A stretch of 28,524 nt of DNA from a virus (IMGVR_UViG_3300034410_000388:1-28524), one strand, 5' to 3'. Counted from the first letter of the stretch, positions 16,837-25,685 are shown. Numbers and translations are program-made. The notes: generated from the letters alone by a model not told the origin.

Positions 16837-16922
16837 ACCGCAAGCAATACGCATACCGCGCCACCTTCTACGGATACATCGGGGTACTCGCCCTCCTGCT
16901 ATATTTGGCCCTGTATGGCTGA
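16833..16922 (+). CDS. 29-aa single-TM peptide (not in ORF track)
   Basis: MNRKQYAYRATFYGYIGVLALLLYLALYG*; ATGA-coupled; fills the gap. Confidence 0.55.
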   Translation: MNRKQYAYRATFYGYIGVLALLLYLALYG

Positions 16923-17136
16923 AATCTACCGCGCTGTCTTTACCTGTCCTGAACTCGACGAGAGAGAGGTGTGGTATGTATCCAGCAGGCAAGCCGCCGA
17001 TATCATGCTCTCCCGTCACATACGGACAACGGCAAGCAGCAACATAGCCTCCCGATACAAACACGTCGAGTACGACATGACGATTACCCCAGTATTCGAA
17101 GGCAAGGAGGACGCAGGTTATGACCCCCGGAATTAG
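16915..17136 (+). CDS. Hypothetical protein
   Basis: 73 aa in operon before TerS. Confidence 0.6.
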   Translation: MAEIYRAVFTCPELDEREVWYVSSRQAADIMLSRHIRTTASSNIASRYKHVEYDMTITPVFEGKEDAGYDPRN

Positions 17137-17142
17137 ACAACT

Positions 17143-17481
17143 ATGGACGTACAAAAAAAAGCGATGATCCAAGCCCTTGAGAAGGCGCTCGGAATTGTGA
17201 CCCAAGCGTGCAAGGTGGTGGGCATCTCCCGACAGACGCACTACAACTGGATGGAGGCCGATGCGGAATACAAGAGCGCTGTCGTAGAGCTGTCCGACGT
17301 GGCCCTAGACTTTGCCGAGAGCAAGCTGCACAAGCTCATCGACGGAGGCAATCCCGCCGCGACTATCTTCTACCTGAAGACCAAGGGCAAGGAGCGCGGG
17401 TACGTCGAGCGTCAGGAGATTGCCGTGGCAGAGAAGAAGCCCCTCTCGTGGTTCACCGATGACAACGCCGACGTGAGTTGA
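17143..17481 (+). CDS. terS: Terminase small subunit
   Basis: HTH (AC..VGISRQT.YNW), A.IFYLKTKGK.RGY.ER motif; directly before TerL. Confidence 0.8.
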   Translation: MDVQKKAMIQALEKALGIVTQACKVVGISRQTHYNWMEADAEYKSAVVELSDVALDFAESKLHKLIDGGNPAATIFYLKTKGKERGYVERQEIAVAEKKPLSWFTDDNADVS

Positions 17482-18614
17482 GGCAGCCCGCCACCTACTA
17501 CCACGTCAAAGGCTGCGACTCCCGCATCCAAGTCCACCAAGGGGGCACAAGGAGCGGCAAGACGTACTCAATACTCCAGAGTATCGTCGAGCTCTGTTAC
17601 GAGAACGAGAACGCCGGCGCGGTCATCACCATCGCCCGGAAGACATTCCCCGCGCTGAGGGCTACGGCCATGAGGGACTTCTTCGAAATCTTGGAGCGGG
17701 AAGACATCTACAACCCCGACCTCCACAACAAGTCGGAAGCAAACTATGTCCTCTTCGGGAACCTCGTAGAGTTCATCAGCGTAGACCAACCCCAAAAGGT
17801 CAGGGGCCGCAAGAGACAGGTGCTCTTCATCAATGAGGCCAACGAGCTCTCCCTTGAGGACTGGAGGCAGCTCCTACTCCGTACCACGCGCAAGGTCATT
17901 ATCGACTTCAACCCCTCGGACGAGTACCACTGGATCTACGAAGACGTCATCCCCCGCGACGACTCCAGCTTCTTTCGCACCACATACAAGGACAACCCCT
18001 ACCTCGACAAGGCCACCATCCAAGAAATAGAACGCCTAAAGGATGCGGACCCCAACTACTGGCGCATCTACGGACTTGGAGAAAGGGGCGTAAACCAAGC
18101 CGCTGTATTTACATGGGAGGTGGGAGAGATAGCTGGCAAGCGCATCGGGACGGGCCTCGACTTCGGATTCACCAACGACCCGACCGCAGTGATCGACGTC
18201 TACCTTGACGGGCACACCTTGATACTCCACGAGCGCCTGTATTCGACAGGACTGACGAACCCGGACATTGGCGAAGAGCTGGACAAGCTAGACGTGGAGA
18301 CCATCATCGCAGACAGCGCCGAGCCGAAGAGTATCGAGGAGCTGTTCCGATTAGGGCACAACGTCAAGCCCGCACGGAAGGGGCCGGACTCGATCCGTCA
18401 GGGAATCGACATTATGAGAAGACACAAGCTCCTGGTCACCGCTGAGAGTACACACCTACAGAAGGAACTCAGGGCGTACCGATGGGAGCAGGACAAGAAC
18501 GGGCGTAACCTCAACAGGCCGGTCGATAAGGACAACCACGGGATTGATGCGGTGCGGTACGTGTGTCTCAATCTGCTGACTACGTCCCGGTCCGGTTCCT
18601 ACTTCCTCGCATAA
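17478..18614 (+). CDS. terL: Terminase large subunit (PBSX/SPP1-like)
   Basis: Walker A GGTRSGKT, Walker B LFINEANE, DFNP, nuclease GLDFGFTNDP, ADSAEP, DNHGIDAVRY. Confidence 0.95.
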   Translation: MRQPATYYHVKGCDSRIQVHQGGTRSGKTYSILQSIVELCYENENAGAVITIARKTFPALRATAMRDFFEILEREDIYNPDLHNKSEANYVLFGNLVEFISVDQPQKVRGRKRQVLFINEANELSLEDWRQLLLRTTRKVIIDFNPSDEYHWIYEDVIPRDDSSFFRTTYKDNPYLDKATIQEIERLKDADPNYWRIYGLGERGVNQAAVFTWEVGEIAGKRIGTGLDFGFTNDPTAVIDVYLDGHTLILHERLYSTGLTNPDIGEELDKLDVETIIADSAEPKSIEELFRLGHNVKPARKGPDSIRQGIDIMRRHKLLVTAESTHLQKELRAYRWEQDKNGRNLNRPVDKDNHGIDAVRYVCLNLLTTSRSGSYFLA

Positions 18615-18638
18615 AAGCAAATTATTTTTGCGTGAATG

Positions 18639-18669
18639 TTTGGAGAAGCAAAACATTGTCGTATATTTG
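18639..18669 (+). promoter_or_regulatory. Bacteroidota housekeeping-sigma promoter (cassette 1)
   Basis: TTTG 18639-18642, N19, TATATTTG 18662-18669. Confidence 0.8.
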
Positions 18670-18703
18670 CTATGTCAACAACGACAAACAAACACACAAC
18701 GAC

Positions 18704-18889
18704 ATGACTATTCAAGCTCCCACTCGCATCGCCCTCGCTACTCAACTCGCTAAAATGGATGCGATTCCCAGCCACGATGCCGAATACTGCGCCCACTGCA
18801 TGACCTACGCCGACACCACTCACTTCGGCTTGGCTACGATTAGCAAGACGGCAAACGGATGGAGCGCAGTAATAAACCAAAATTTCTGA
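18704..18889 (+). CDS. Orphan 61-aa protein (cassette 1)
   Basis: ATG 18704 after a C/A-rich leader; contains H...YCAHC...H; own promoter and terminator. Confidence 0.7.
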   Translation: MTIQAPTRIALATQLAKMDAIPSHDAEYCAHCMTYADTTHFGLATISKTANGWSAVINQNF

Positions 18890-18911
18890 AGCATCCACCC
18901 CACCACAGTAC

Positions 18912-18933
18912 AGGCCCTCCGGGGCCTTTTTTT
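18912..18933 (+). terminator. Intrinsic terminator (cassette 1)
   Basis: AGGCCC-TCCG-GGGCCT followed by a T run. Confidence 0.85.
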
Positions 18934-18962
18934 ATGTCCCTACCTTTCGTCTATTTGATAGC

Positions 18963-19673
18963 GTGAACAAGACCGTCACCATACCGGAGAACCTCTACGA
19001 CATCACCGTCGACCAGTACCTCCAAATCCAAGCGATACCCGAAGGGGACGAGCTGGAGCAGGTAGTGCGTACAATCTGCATACTGTGCCACATGGACCGC
19101 GCTGAGGTCATGGCGATGGAGCAGAAGGACATCCAATACATCGGGGGCGTCATCGGTGGCATCTTGGACAAGTACGACGACACGTACCCCGTGGAGCGTA
19201 TCATCGAGCTGGACCAGCGGTACGGTTTCCATCCTAATCTTTCGCGGATCACGGTCGCCGAGTTCGCAGACATCGAGACCCTATGCAAGGATTCCCTTGA
19301 CAAACACCTTCCCCAAGTCATGGGGATACTCTACCGTCCCATCGTAGAGGAGCACGGCGAATTTTACCGCATCGCAGACTACGACGGCGAGGACCGCTCG
19401 GAGTTCTTCAGAGAGATGAAGATGGCGCACGCACTCGGTGCCGCCGCTTTTTTTTTGCGTATCGGGAAGGGATTAGTCGACGCTTTGGACAGCTATTTCA
19501 AGGCGGTGAAGGATCCAAGCTATCCGAAAAATATGGATGGTTCGCCACGTTCGTACACCTCGCAGGGGAGGACATTACTAAACTACCGCAGGTGGAAAGG
19601 ACTCACCTCGAAACGGCGCTCGCCTGGCTCGCCTACGAACAAGACCGGGCGCTTCTGGAGAAACAAAAAATGA
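18963..19673 (+). CDS. Tail assembly chaperone (frame 0 product)
   Basis: First gene of the tail operon; IP..L.DIT..QY, YGF.P.L..IT..EF.D, ILYRP; T9 slippery run at AAFFL. Confidence 0.7.
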   Translation: MNKTVTIPENLYDITVDQYLQIQAIPEGDELEQVVRTICILCHMDRAEVMAMEQKDIQYIGGVIGGILDKYDDTYPVERIIELDQRYGFHPNLSRITVAEFADIETLCKDSLDKHLPQVMGILYRPIVEEHGEFYRIADYDGEDRSEFFREMKMAHALGAAAFFLRIGKGLVDALDSYFKAVKDPSYPKNMDGSPRSYTSQGRTLLNYRRWKGLTSKRRSPGSPTNKTGRFWRNKK

Positions 19674-19681
19674 ACCTATGA
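19448..19681 (+). CDS. -1 frameshift extension of tail assembly chaperone (not in ORF track)
   Basis: -1 frame from T9 (19448-19456) reads FAYREGISRRFGQLFQGGEGSKLSEKYGWFATFVHLAGEDITKLPQVERTHLETALAWLAYEQDRALLEKQKMNL*; its stop overlaps ATG 19678 as ATGA. Confidence 0.75.
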   Translation, partial: FFFAYREGISRRFGQLFQGGEGSKLSEKYGWFATFVHLAGEDITKLPQVERTHLETALAWLAYEQDRALLEKQKMNL

Positions 19682-20136
19682 GAACAGTCAACCAAATCAT
19701 CGACGAGCTCGGCACCATCGCCCTCGACCACCGCTTCATCAATTCCTTCAAGGAGGGCGAGATGTCGGAGGTCGATATTCAGAAGCTAGCCGGCAACAAG
19801 TACCCCATCTGCTACGCGGACATCTCAGGGGCCACCATCGAGAAGGGCGTTCTGACGTACTCGCTCGACATCCTCGTCATGGATATGATTCTACCCGGAC
19901 AGACGGACGCCCAAGAGCAGTATTCGGACACCTTGCGGACGCTGATTGACATCGTGAGCCAATACGCGCAGGTCTTGTCTGCGCAATCGGACGTGGATCG
20001 CGACGTTCGTATTGTCCTACCGGTGGACTGTGAGCCGTTTACCGCTCGCTTCGACAATCTCCTCACGGGATGGGTCGGTACGGTGCAGCTCCAGACGTCC
20101 AATACGCTCGACCTTTGTGCAGCGGCGTTTGCTTGA
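19678..20136 (+). CDS. Tail terminator/completion protein (putative)
   Basis: 152 aa, acidic; YP, EPF..RFDN.LTGW motifs; tail context. Confidence 0.6.
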   Translation: MRTVNQIIDELGTIALDHRFINSFKEGEMSEVDIQKLAGNKYPICYADISGATIEKGVLTYSLDILVMDMILPGQTDAQEQYSDTLRTLIDIVSQYAQVLSAQSDVDRDVRIVLPVDCEPFTARFDNLLTGWVGTVQLQTSNTLDLCAAAFA

Positions 20137-20168
20137 TTTGCATATTTGCAAAGAATGTTGTATATTAG
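20137..20168 (+). promoter_or_regulatory. Bacteroidota housekeeping-sigma promoter (cassette 2)
   Basis: TTTG 20137-20140, N20, TATATTAG 20161-20168 (one mismatch), ATG 4 nt later. Confidence 0.7.
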
Positions 20169-20172
20169 CTGC

Positions 20173-20373
20173 ATGCAAAACACACAAGCACAAGTCCGCA
20201 ACAATATCGCTCGCTCTATTAGGGTTCGATTTGTTCGACACTCCCACGGCAATGATTTGTACCAAGCTCAATGGGATGGCCCAAATCCCGGAGTTGGATT
20301 TCCTACATGGAACGACATGGAAGAGTGTCGAGCCAAGGCCAAGGAGTACATTATGAACGAATTGCATTTGTAA
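20173..20373 (+). CDS. Orphan 66-aa protein (cassette 2), probably leaderless
   Basis: ATG 20173; MQNTQAQVRNNIARSIRVRF...; AT-richer than flanks. Confidence 0.7.
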   Translation: MQNTQAQVRNNIARSIRVRFVRHSHGNDLYQAQWDGPNPGVGFPTWNDMEECRAKAKEYIMNELHL

Positions 20374-20375
20374 AG

Positions 20376-20457
20376 AGCGGCACCGCACGGGCAGATAACA
20401 GAGCCCCGGTCGCACCGCGAAGCCCTGTCGAGTTATCCGGCGGGGCTTTCTATTTTA
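20376..20457 (+). ncRNA. 82-nt structured cis-RNA/terminator element, copy A
   Basis: 78/82 identical to 25724-25805; bulged hairpin 20377-20413, terminator hairpin 20420-20448 plus U-rich tail, complementary loops. Confidence 0.7.
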
Positions 20458-20461
20458 GAGC

Positions 20462-21040
20462 GTGAAGGACTACATAACCGTCGACGGGCAGAAGGTGCCA
20501 ATGACCAACTCCATGAAGGAGCTCGGCAAGATTGGAAAGGAGGTACGGCGCCGCGCCCGCATAAGCCTCAAGGCACGCGGTAAGGTCGTGACGGGCAACC
20601 TCTACAACTCCATCAGGTACGAGCAGGGCGTCGCACGCAATGAGAAGAGCCTGAATCTACGGTTCAGCTTCCCCGGCGCCGACTATTGGCAATTCGTAGA
20701 TGAGGGCGTAAAGGGCGCGATATCATCAGCCAAGGCCCCCCGCTCCCCGTTTCGGTTTGGATCGGGAACCGGCCCATCCGGGCGCCTCCGTCCGTCAATC
20801 GATAAGTGGGTAGTAAAGAAAGGCATCGCCCCCCGTGGGGCAGGTGGACAGTTCGCATCGCGCAAGTCGATGGTGTATGCCATCAGCCGCAGCATATATC
20901 AAACCGGTATCCGCCCCTCCTATTTCTTCACGAACGCCTACGACCGCACCCTGAAGAAGCACAACGCGAAACTGGAGAAGGCCGTCGGTGACGACATAGC
21001 AAACGCTTTTAAAATTCTACTCGATGGCGGCCCAGTTTGA
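20462..21040 (+). CDS. Neck/tail component protein (HK97 gp10-like)
   Basis: Basic; TGNLYNSI, Y..FVDEGV.G, I.KWV..KGI, I...GI.PS.FF. Confidence 0.6.
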   Translation: MKDYITVDGQKVPMTNSMKELGKIGKEVRRRARISLKARGKVVTGNLYNSIRYEQGVARNEKSLNLRFSFPGADYWQFVDEGVKGAISSAKAPRSPFRFGSGTGPSGRLRPSIDKWVVKKGIAPRGAGGQFASRKSMVYAISRSIYQTGIRPSYFFTNAYDRTLKKHNAKLEKAVGDDIANAFKILLDGGPV

Positions 21041-22403
21041 ATACATACCCAGCACCACCGACTTCCAGAGTACGGCGGAACCGCTCATCATCCAGGTCCG
21101 GGAAACTACAGCTGGGCCGTTCTTTAAGTACCGGTTCATCCTCGTAATCAAGAACCGCAACGGGGACCAACTCGCCAAGCTCAAGACGCACCCGCTGGCC
21201 TCCGACAACCTGTCGGCGGTGTTCGACATCTCCCGCATTTGTGACGACTACATAGGCGCAAACGTGGTGAATAATAACGCTACGACGGGCAACATCCTCA
21301 CGTTGGGACGGACGGGATACAGCCCCGGCAATGCCATCGGAGAAAGCTCCGACAGGAACGTCGCGGCACAGTTCACGCTAGAGCTAGGATTTGAGAGCGC
21401 AACAAGCGCCACCGCCGACCCTACGGAGACGCTGCCACAGTCGCCCGCCGAGACGACAACGCTCTTTGCCTTCCGTGACGAGTTCCAGAACTACGGCGAC
21501 GCATACGCTCGCGGCGACGGGAGCTTCCAACCGACAGCACCCACCGACAACTTCCTCAGCACCGCGCCCGACCTCGGCAGGGAGTCCACCTTGACCTTCG
21601 GCAACGCACACGAGCATCGCATCGGAATTGACCAGGCGTCCGTTCTGGCTTGGGGTATGCAGTCCAGTGACGCCGAGTACGTCATCGTCAGGGGCTACGA
21701 AGCCGACGGGACTATCATAAACACCGCGCTCTTGGATATCGACGCTGTAGGTGGCGACACTACTCCCTCGACAGATTCGCAGGCGGTGCAGTTTGTCGGC
21801 GTGGGCCCACTCAATTTGGAGGATCACGCCACGGCAGCCTTCAACAGTCAGCTGGAAGACCTCATCACCGACCCGAACCTCGCATATTACGAGGTCTATC
21901 TGTCGGAGTTTGCGTCCGTACTGGAGGCCAATCAGGTGAGCGTCGTCCACCGCTACACCATCGACAACGGATGCAGCAAGTACCCCCGCGTACAACTCCT
22001 ATTTTTGAACCGCCACGGGGGATGGGACACCTTCAACTTCGACCAGCGCAGCGAGGAGAGCGTCCGCAATATCCAGCGCAGCCAATACAACCGCCCGCGC
22101 GGGAATTGGGACAGCGTGACGGGCCTCATAGATTGGAACTACAACGGATGGGAGCGGGGCGTAACGACGACAGCAATCAAGGCCGAGAGGCAGATTAAGG
22201 TTTCGACCGACTACATCGAGGAAGGGTACGCCGACCAACTTCGGGATTTGGCTCTCTCGCGCTCGGTGTTCATCGTTGAAGGTACCGAGGTCATCCCCTG
22301 CACCGTGACCGACTCGGAGTACCTGTTCAAGACGACCGTCAACGAGAAGCTGATTACGTACTCTTTCACCTTGCAGTATAGCAACCGTCCCCGCCTCAAG
22401 TGA
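21024..22403 (+). CDS. Tail/baseplate structural protein (distal tail-like)
   Basis: FDIS.I, C.KY...L.FLNR.GG.D.F.F, L..S..VF motifs; tail context. Confidence 0.65.
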   Translation: MAAQFEYIPSTTDFQSTAEPLIIQVRETTAGPFFKYRFILVIKNRNGDQLAKLKTHPLASDNLSAVFDISRICDDYIGANVVNNNATTGNILTLGRTGYSPGNAIGESSDRNVAAQFTLELGFESATSATADPTETLPQSPAETTTLFAFRDEFQNYGDAYARGDGSFQPTAPTDNFLSTAPDLGRESTLTFGNAHEHRIGIDQASVLAWGMQSSDAEYVIVRGYEADGTIINTALLDIDAVGGDTTPSTDSQAVQFVGVGPLNLEDHATAAFNSQLEDLITDPNLAYYEVYLSEFASVLEANQVSVVHRYTIDNGCSKYPRVQLLFLNRHGGWDTFNFDQRSEESVRNIQRSQYNRPRGNWDSVTGLIDWNYNGWERGVTTTAIKAERQIKVSTDYIEEGYADQLRDLALSRSVFIVEGTEVIPCTVTDSEYLFKTTVNEKLITYSFTLQYSNRPRLK

Positions 22404-25369
22404 TCCGCCTCGTAGCCCTCGACCAGGACAACAGCGCACAGACCACCCTCGACCTTGAGGGCTCGCCGTCCATCTCTCTCAACCTTGCGGTAGCGAAACC
22501 GGGGGAGACGATGCAGCGCCATGCGCCGTACTCGCAGACGTTCCGCCTCCCGTTTACGGACCGGAACAATGTCTTCTTTGCGCACTTCTACGAGGTGACG
22601 CTAACGGATGGAGATTTCGACCCGACGCAGAAGACGGAGGTCTTGATCTTTGAGGACGGTGTGCAGGTCATCCGTGGGGCTATGCAGCTCCGAGCCGTGC
22701 GCCTCATGGCTCAGGTGTACGAGGTCAACGTCTTAGGCGATGTCGCCGACCTATTCGCGGAGATGGGCTCTAAGCTGTTGCGCGATGCGTTTAAGTCATC
22801 CCCAGGGCAGTATATCACCTCCTACAACTACGCACAGACAGCGACCAATGTCATAGACTCCCAAGACCTCACAAACAACATCTGTCAGAACCCAGCGGCG
22901 ATGGATGACGGGACGGTAATTATCCCCCTTGCAGACCACGGCTTGCGTGTAGACCAGCAGCCACTGGCGGCACAGTCGGGGTATGGGTTGATGGGCAGCT
23001 CAGTAGGCACGACAGCGCTGACGGCGCAGATGCTCAAGCCGGCGATTCGGCTGCGGGAAGTAATCGACCGCATCCTTCGGAGTAACGGGTTTTTTTACTC
23101 GTCTGACTTTTTCGACTCGGCCTACTTTGATACGATATACATGACGCTGGGCGACCATGTCGACAGGGTACCATCGACGGCAGCGGGAGAGTGTAAAGCA
23201 GTGTGCCAGTCGGGATCGAATCAATTCACCAACGCCGACGAGGGATGGAACACGGTCCCGATAAACAACACGACACTCTATGGAGGGTTCGATACCGACG
23301 GCCTCTTCAATACGGTTACGGACCAGTACGAATGCGGCGAAGCCGGCACCCACAACTTCAGCGCAAAAGTCAGGTTTCGCCTTCTCTTTGCTGGAGCGGG
23401 AGAAAGCGTGGAACTGATTGCCCGCATTACCCGCGGAAATATTAGCATCGGAAGTACTACGCTAACCCTTACGACTGCCGAGGATGATATCACGGTCGAG
23501 TGGAGCACCTCTGCCGTGTGTGCTGCAGGCGATGCCATTACGGTCGAGTTCTACATCCCGCAGGGACAGCTACAAGCCGGCACCATAGTAGACATTTTAG
23601 GCCAAGGCATAAGCGCGGATCAGTTTGCGTACTCTCATTTCTTGTGCACGCTGGCCCCCGGTGGGGTAGTAAATATCCCGCAGGCGCTGCCGCGAATCAA
23701 ACAGAAGGAGTTCTTCTCGGATTTGGCGCAGCGGTTCAACCTTGTAATCGAAGCCGACCTCGACAACCCCAAGCGCCTAACCATTGAGCCGTATGCGGAT
23801 TGGATTTCTGACGGCCTCGATGCGTACTGGACGGATAAATTGGACCTCGACAAAGAGCGCACGTTAAAGCCGACCTCGTCGATTAAGTCATCTCTCATTA
23901 ATCTGACCGACAAGGAAAGCGGCGACGTAGGCAACGTGGACAGGCTCGCAACATTGGGCCGCGTGTTTGGCGCATACACGCAAGACATAGACGACGACTT
24001 CGCTTCTGGTGAGCTCAAGAACGCGCCTGTCTTCGCGCCTTTCTTTGTCTACCCCGTCCCGACTTTGGCAGGGGACCCAATTACAGAACTTCCGAACGTT
24101 CTGATACATCGGTCGTATGAGATTGACGGCGTAGGAGTAAGGCCCAAGACGCAACCGCCGAAATTGTTTCATGCCACCGGGCTGCAGGATACGCAGTCTA
24201 CCCTTTACGTCTCCGGCGCGTCGCTGACACAATACCAGCTCTGTTCACCGTATGAGGACAGCCCCGCCAACTCCGAATCGCGTCACCTGTATTGGAACAA
24301 CAGCGACCGCACCTTCAGCGCAAACCACGCCCTAATTGCCGGCAACCCTCCCGGCTTGGGTGGATATCATCGGACGTATTGGTCGTCCTACCTCGCGGAC
24401 ATTTACGACAAGGACGCGCGAATCTTTGAGGCTTACCTGTACCTGACCCCCTCGGACATTCGCAACGTCCGCTTCAATGACCGCTTCCATATCCTCGGAG
24501 CTACGTACAAGCTGACCGAAATATCGAACTACCAAATCGGGACGGGAGAGCCTACCCTCTGCAAGTTCCTGCGCGATCTCAGCCGCTCGTCGTTTGGTGC
24601 GTGTAGTGCGGTACCGACACAATCCAACGCCAACGGGACGGTCACCTTCACCGATGCTGACGGGACGACCACCACAAACCCCGGCGTTGAATGCTGCGAG
24701 GCGTTTGGTTACTTCTACGATGAAGAAACGAACACCTGCCGCTGGCAAAACCCGGACGTCGATGATGGCGACGCAGGACCACCGGACACCCCGACCGATG
24801 CGCAGGACCCAGAACCGCTAACTAACGGAGACAACCCCGGCCCAGTATCGCCGACGGGAACCAACACGAACACCACCGACCCCGACAGCGGCACCGTAAG
24901 CGTTTACGATGAGGTCATCCTTACAGGCGAAACAACCGACGATGGACAGGTCACCCCCTCGGCACCGAATGGAGTCCCCATCCAAGTCGCTGACAATACC
25001 GTCGCCGTGGGTGTGGTGCGTATCACCTCGGTCACTGTAGGCGGGACCTCCGGCGTTCCATATACCACCAAGTTCGAGACGTGGCGCTTCCTTGCCAACG
25101 GCAACGCCGAGACGGTAACGGTAACCGAGACGAACGGGACGGAGCTCGACTACGGCTCTCCAGGTCTCAGGCGGTTGACCGCGTCAATGGCTGACGGGAT
25201 TCTCTCGTTTCAGGTTTCTGGAGAAGCCGACGAGATTATCAACTGGACGCTATCGGTGGAGATGCAAAGGATATATGCCAGCAACATCGGCAGCACGGCG
25301 AACGCAATCCTTACCGAGGCAGGCGCGAACCTGACCACCGAGGGCGGCAACATCCTTATCCAAGAATAA
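22400..25369 (+). CDS. Large tail tip/baseplate hub protein
   Basis: 989 aa; YSQTF.LP.T..NN..F N-terminus, IKQ..F......FNL, IEPY..W; C-terminal LTExG peptide. Confidence 0.75.
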   Translation: MIRLVALDQDNSAQTTLDLEGSPSISLNLAVAKPGETMQRHAPYSQTFRLPFTDRNNVFFAHFYEVTLTDGDFDPTQKTEVLIFEDGVQVIRGAMQLRAVRLMAQVYEVNVLGDVADLFAEMGSKLLRDAFKSSPGQYITSYNYAQTATNVIDSQDLTNNICQNPAAMDDGTVIIPLADHGLRVDQQPLAAQSGYGLMGSSVGTTALTAQMLKPAIRLREVIDRILRSNGFFYSSDFFDSAYFDTIYMTLGDHVDRVPSTAAGECKAVCQSGSNQFTNADEGWNTVPINNTTLYGGFDTDGLFNTVTDQYECGEAGTHNFSAKVRFRLLFAGAGESVELIARITRGNISIGSTTLTLTTAEDDITVEWSTSAVCAAGDAITVEFYIPQGQLQAGTIVDILGQGISADQFAYSHFLCTLAPGGVVNIPQALPRIKQKEFFSDLAQRFNLVIEADLDNPKRLTIEPYADWISDGLDAYWTDKLDLDKERTLKPTSSIKSSLINLTDKESGDVGNVDRLATLGRVFGAYTQDIDDDFASGELKNAPVFAPFFVYPVPTLAGDPITELPNVLIHRSYEIDGVGVRPKTQPPKLFHATGLQDTQSTLYVSGASLTQYQLCSPYEDSPANSESRHLYWNNSDRTFSANHALIAGNPPGLGGYHRTYWSSYLADIYDKDARIFEAYLYLTPSDIRNVRFNDRFHILGATYKLTEISNYQIGTGEPTLCKFLRDLSRSSFGACSAVPTQSNANGTVTFTDADGTTTTNPGVECCEAFGYFYDEETNTCRWQNPDVDDGDAGPPDTPTDAQDPEPLTNGDNPGPVSPTGTNTNTTDPDSGTVSVYDEVILTGETTDDGQVTPSAPNGVPIQVADNTVAVGVVRITSVTVGGTSGVPYTTKFETWRFLANGNAETVTVTETNGTELDYGSPGLRRLTASMADGILSFQVSGEADEIINWTLSVEMQRIYASNIGSTANAILTEAGANLTTEGGNILIQE

Positions 25370-25386
25370 AATACTTTGCATAAATG

Positions 25387-25417
25387 TTTGGTGCATTCAT
25401 AAATATGCCTATCTTTG
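25387..25417 (+). promoter_or_regulatory. Bacteroidota housekeeping-sigma promoter (cassette 3)
   Basis: TTTG 25387-25390, N19, TATCTTTG 25410-25417, ATG 4 nt later. Confidence 0.8.
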
Positions 25418-25421
25418 GGAC

Positions 25422-25685
25422 ATGAACAACGCACAAAACAACAACGTAGATTCAACAACGGTTTGGGTCATTTACATTGACAACACGCCGTTGACCTTTA
25501 GTTTCGAAACCCGGCGTGATGCGGAAAAAACCCGAAACGAATGGTTGCGGTTGAACCGCGAACAATCAAATTTTTTGTCTGAGAGTTCACGCCAGCGTTG
25601 GGGTATTCGTCAAACATTTTTGAGTGATACCGGACAACACTTTGCGAAAACATATGTGATTCGGCGCATTACGCGCGGCGAATAA
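25422..25685 (+). CDS. Orphan 87-aa protein (cassette 3), probably leaderless
   Basis: AT-rich codon usage; own promoter; followed by RNA element copy B. Confidence 0.75.
   Translation: MNNAQNNNVDSTTVWVIYIDNTPLTFSFETRRDAEKTRNEWLRLNREQSNFLSESSRQRWGIRQTFLSDTGQHFAKTYVIRRITRGE

Noticed and set aside
16900-16907. TATATTTG as an internal promoter
   Set aside because: No -33 TTTG at the right spacing, GC-rich context, lies inside a coding frame
17153-17160. A8 run in terS as a frameshift site
   Set aside because: Encodes QKK at the start of an intact ORF; no useful alternative frame seen
18672-18707. 11-codon uORF MSTTTNKHTTT coupled to ATG 18704
   Set aside because: Its ATG is only 2 nt after the -7 box, probably upstream of the transcription start; C/A-rich leaders lack stops by chance
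20394-20437. Resemblance of the 82-nt element to a twister or pistol ribozyme (UAA, CCGGUC, AAGCCC)
   Set aside because: Extra nucleotides in the would-be L4, the GC needed for T2 is missing in copy B, and P1/P2 cannot be built; a cleavage assay would settle it
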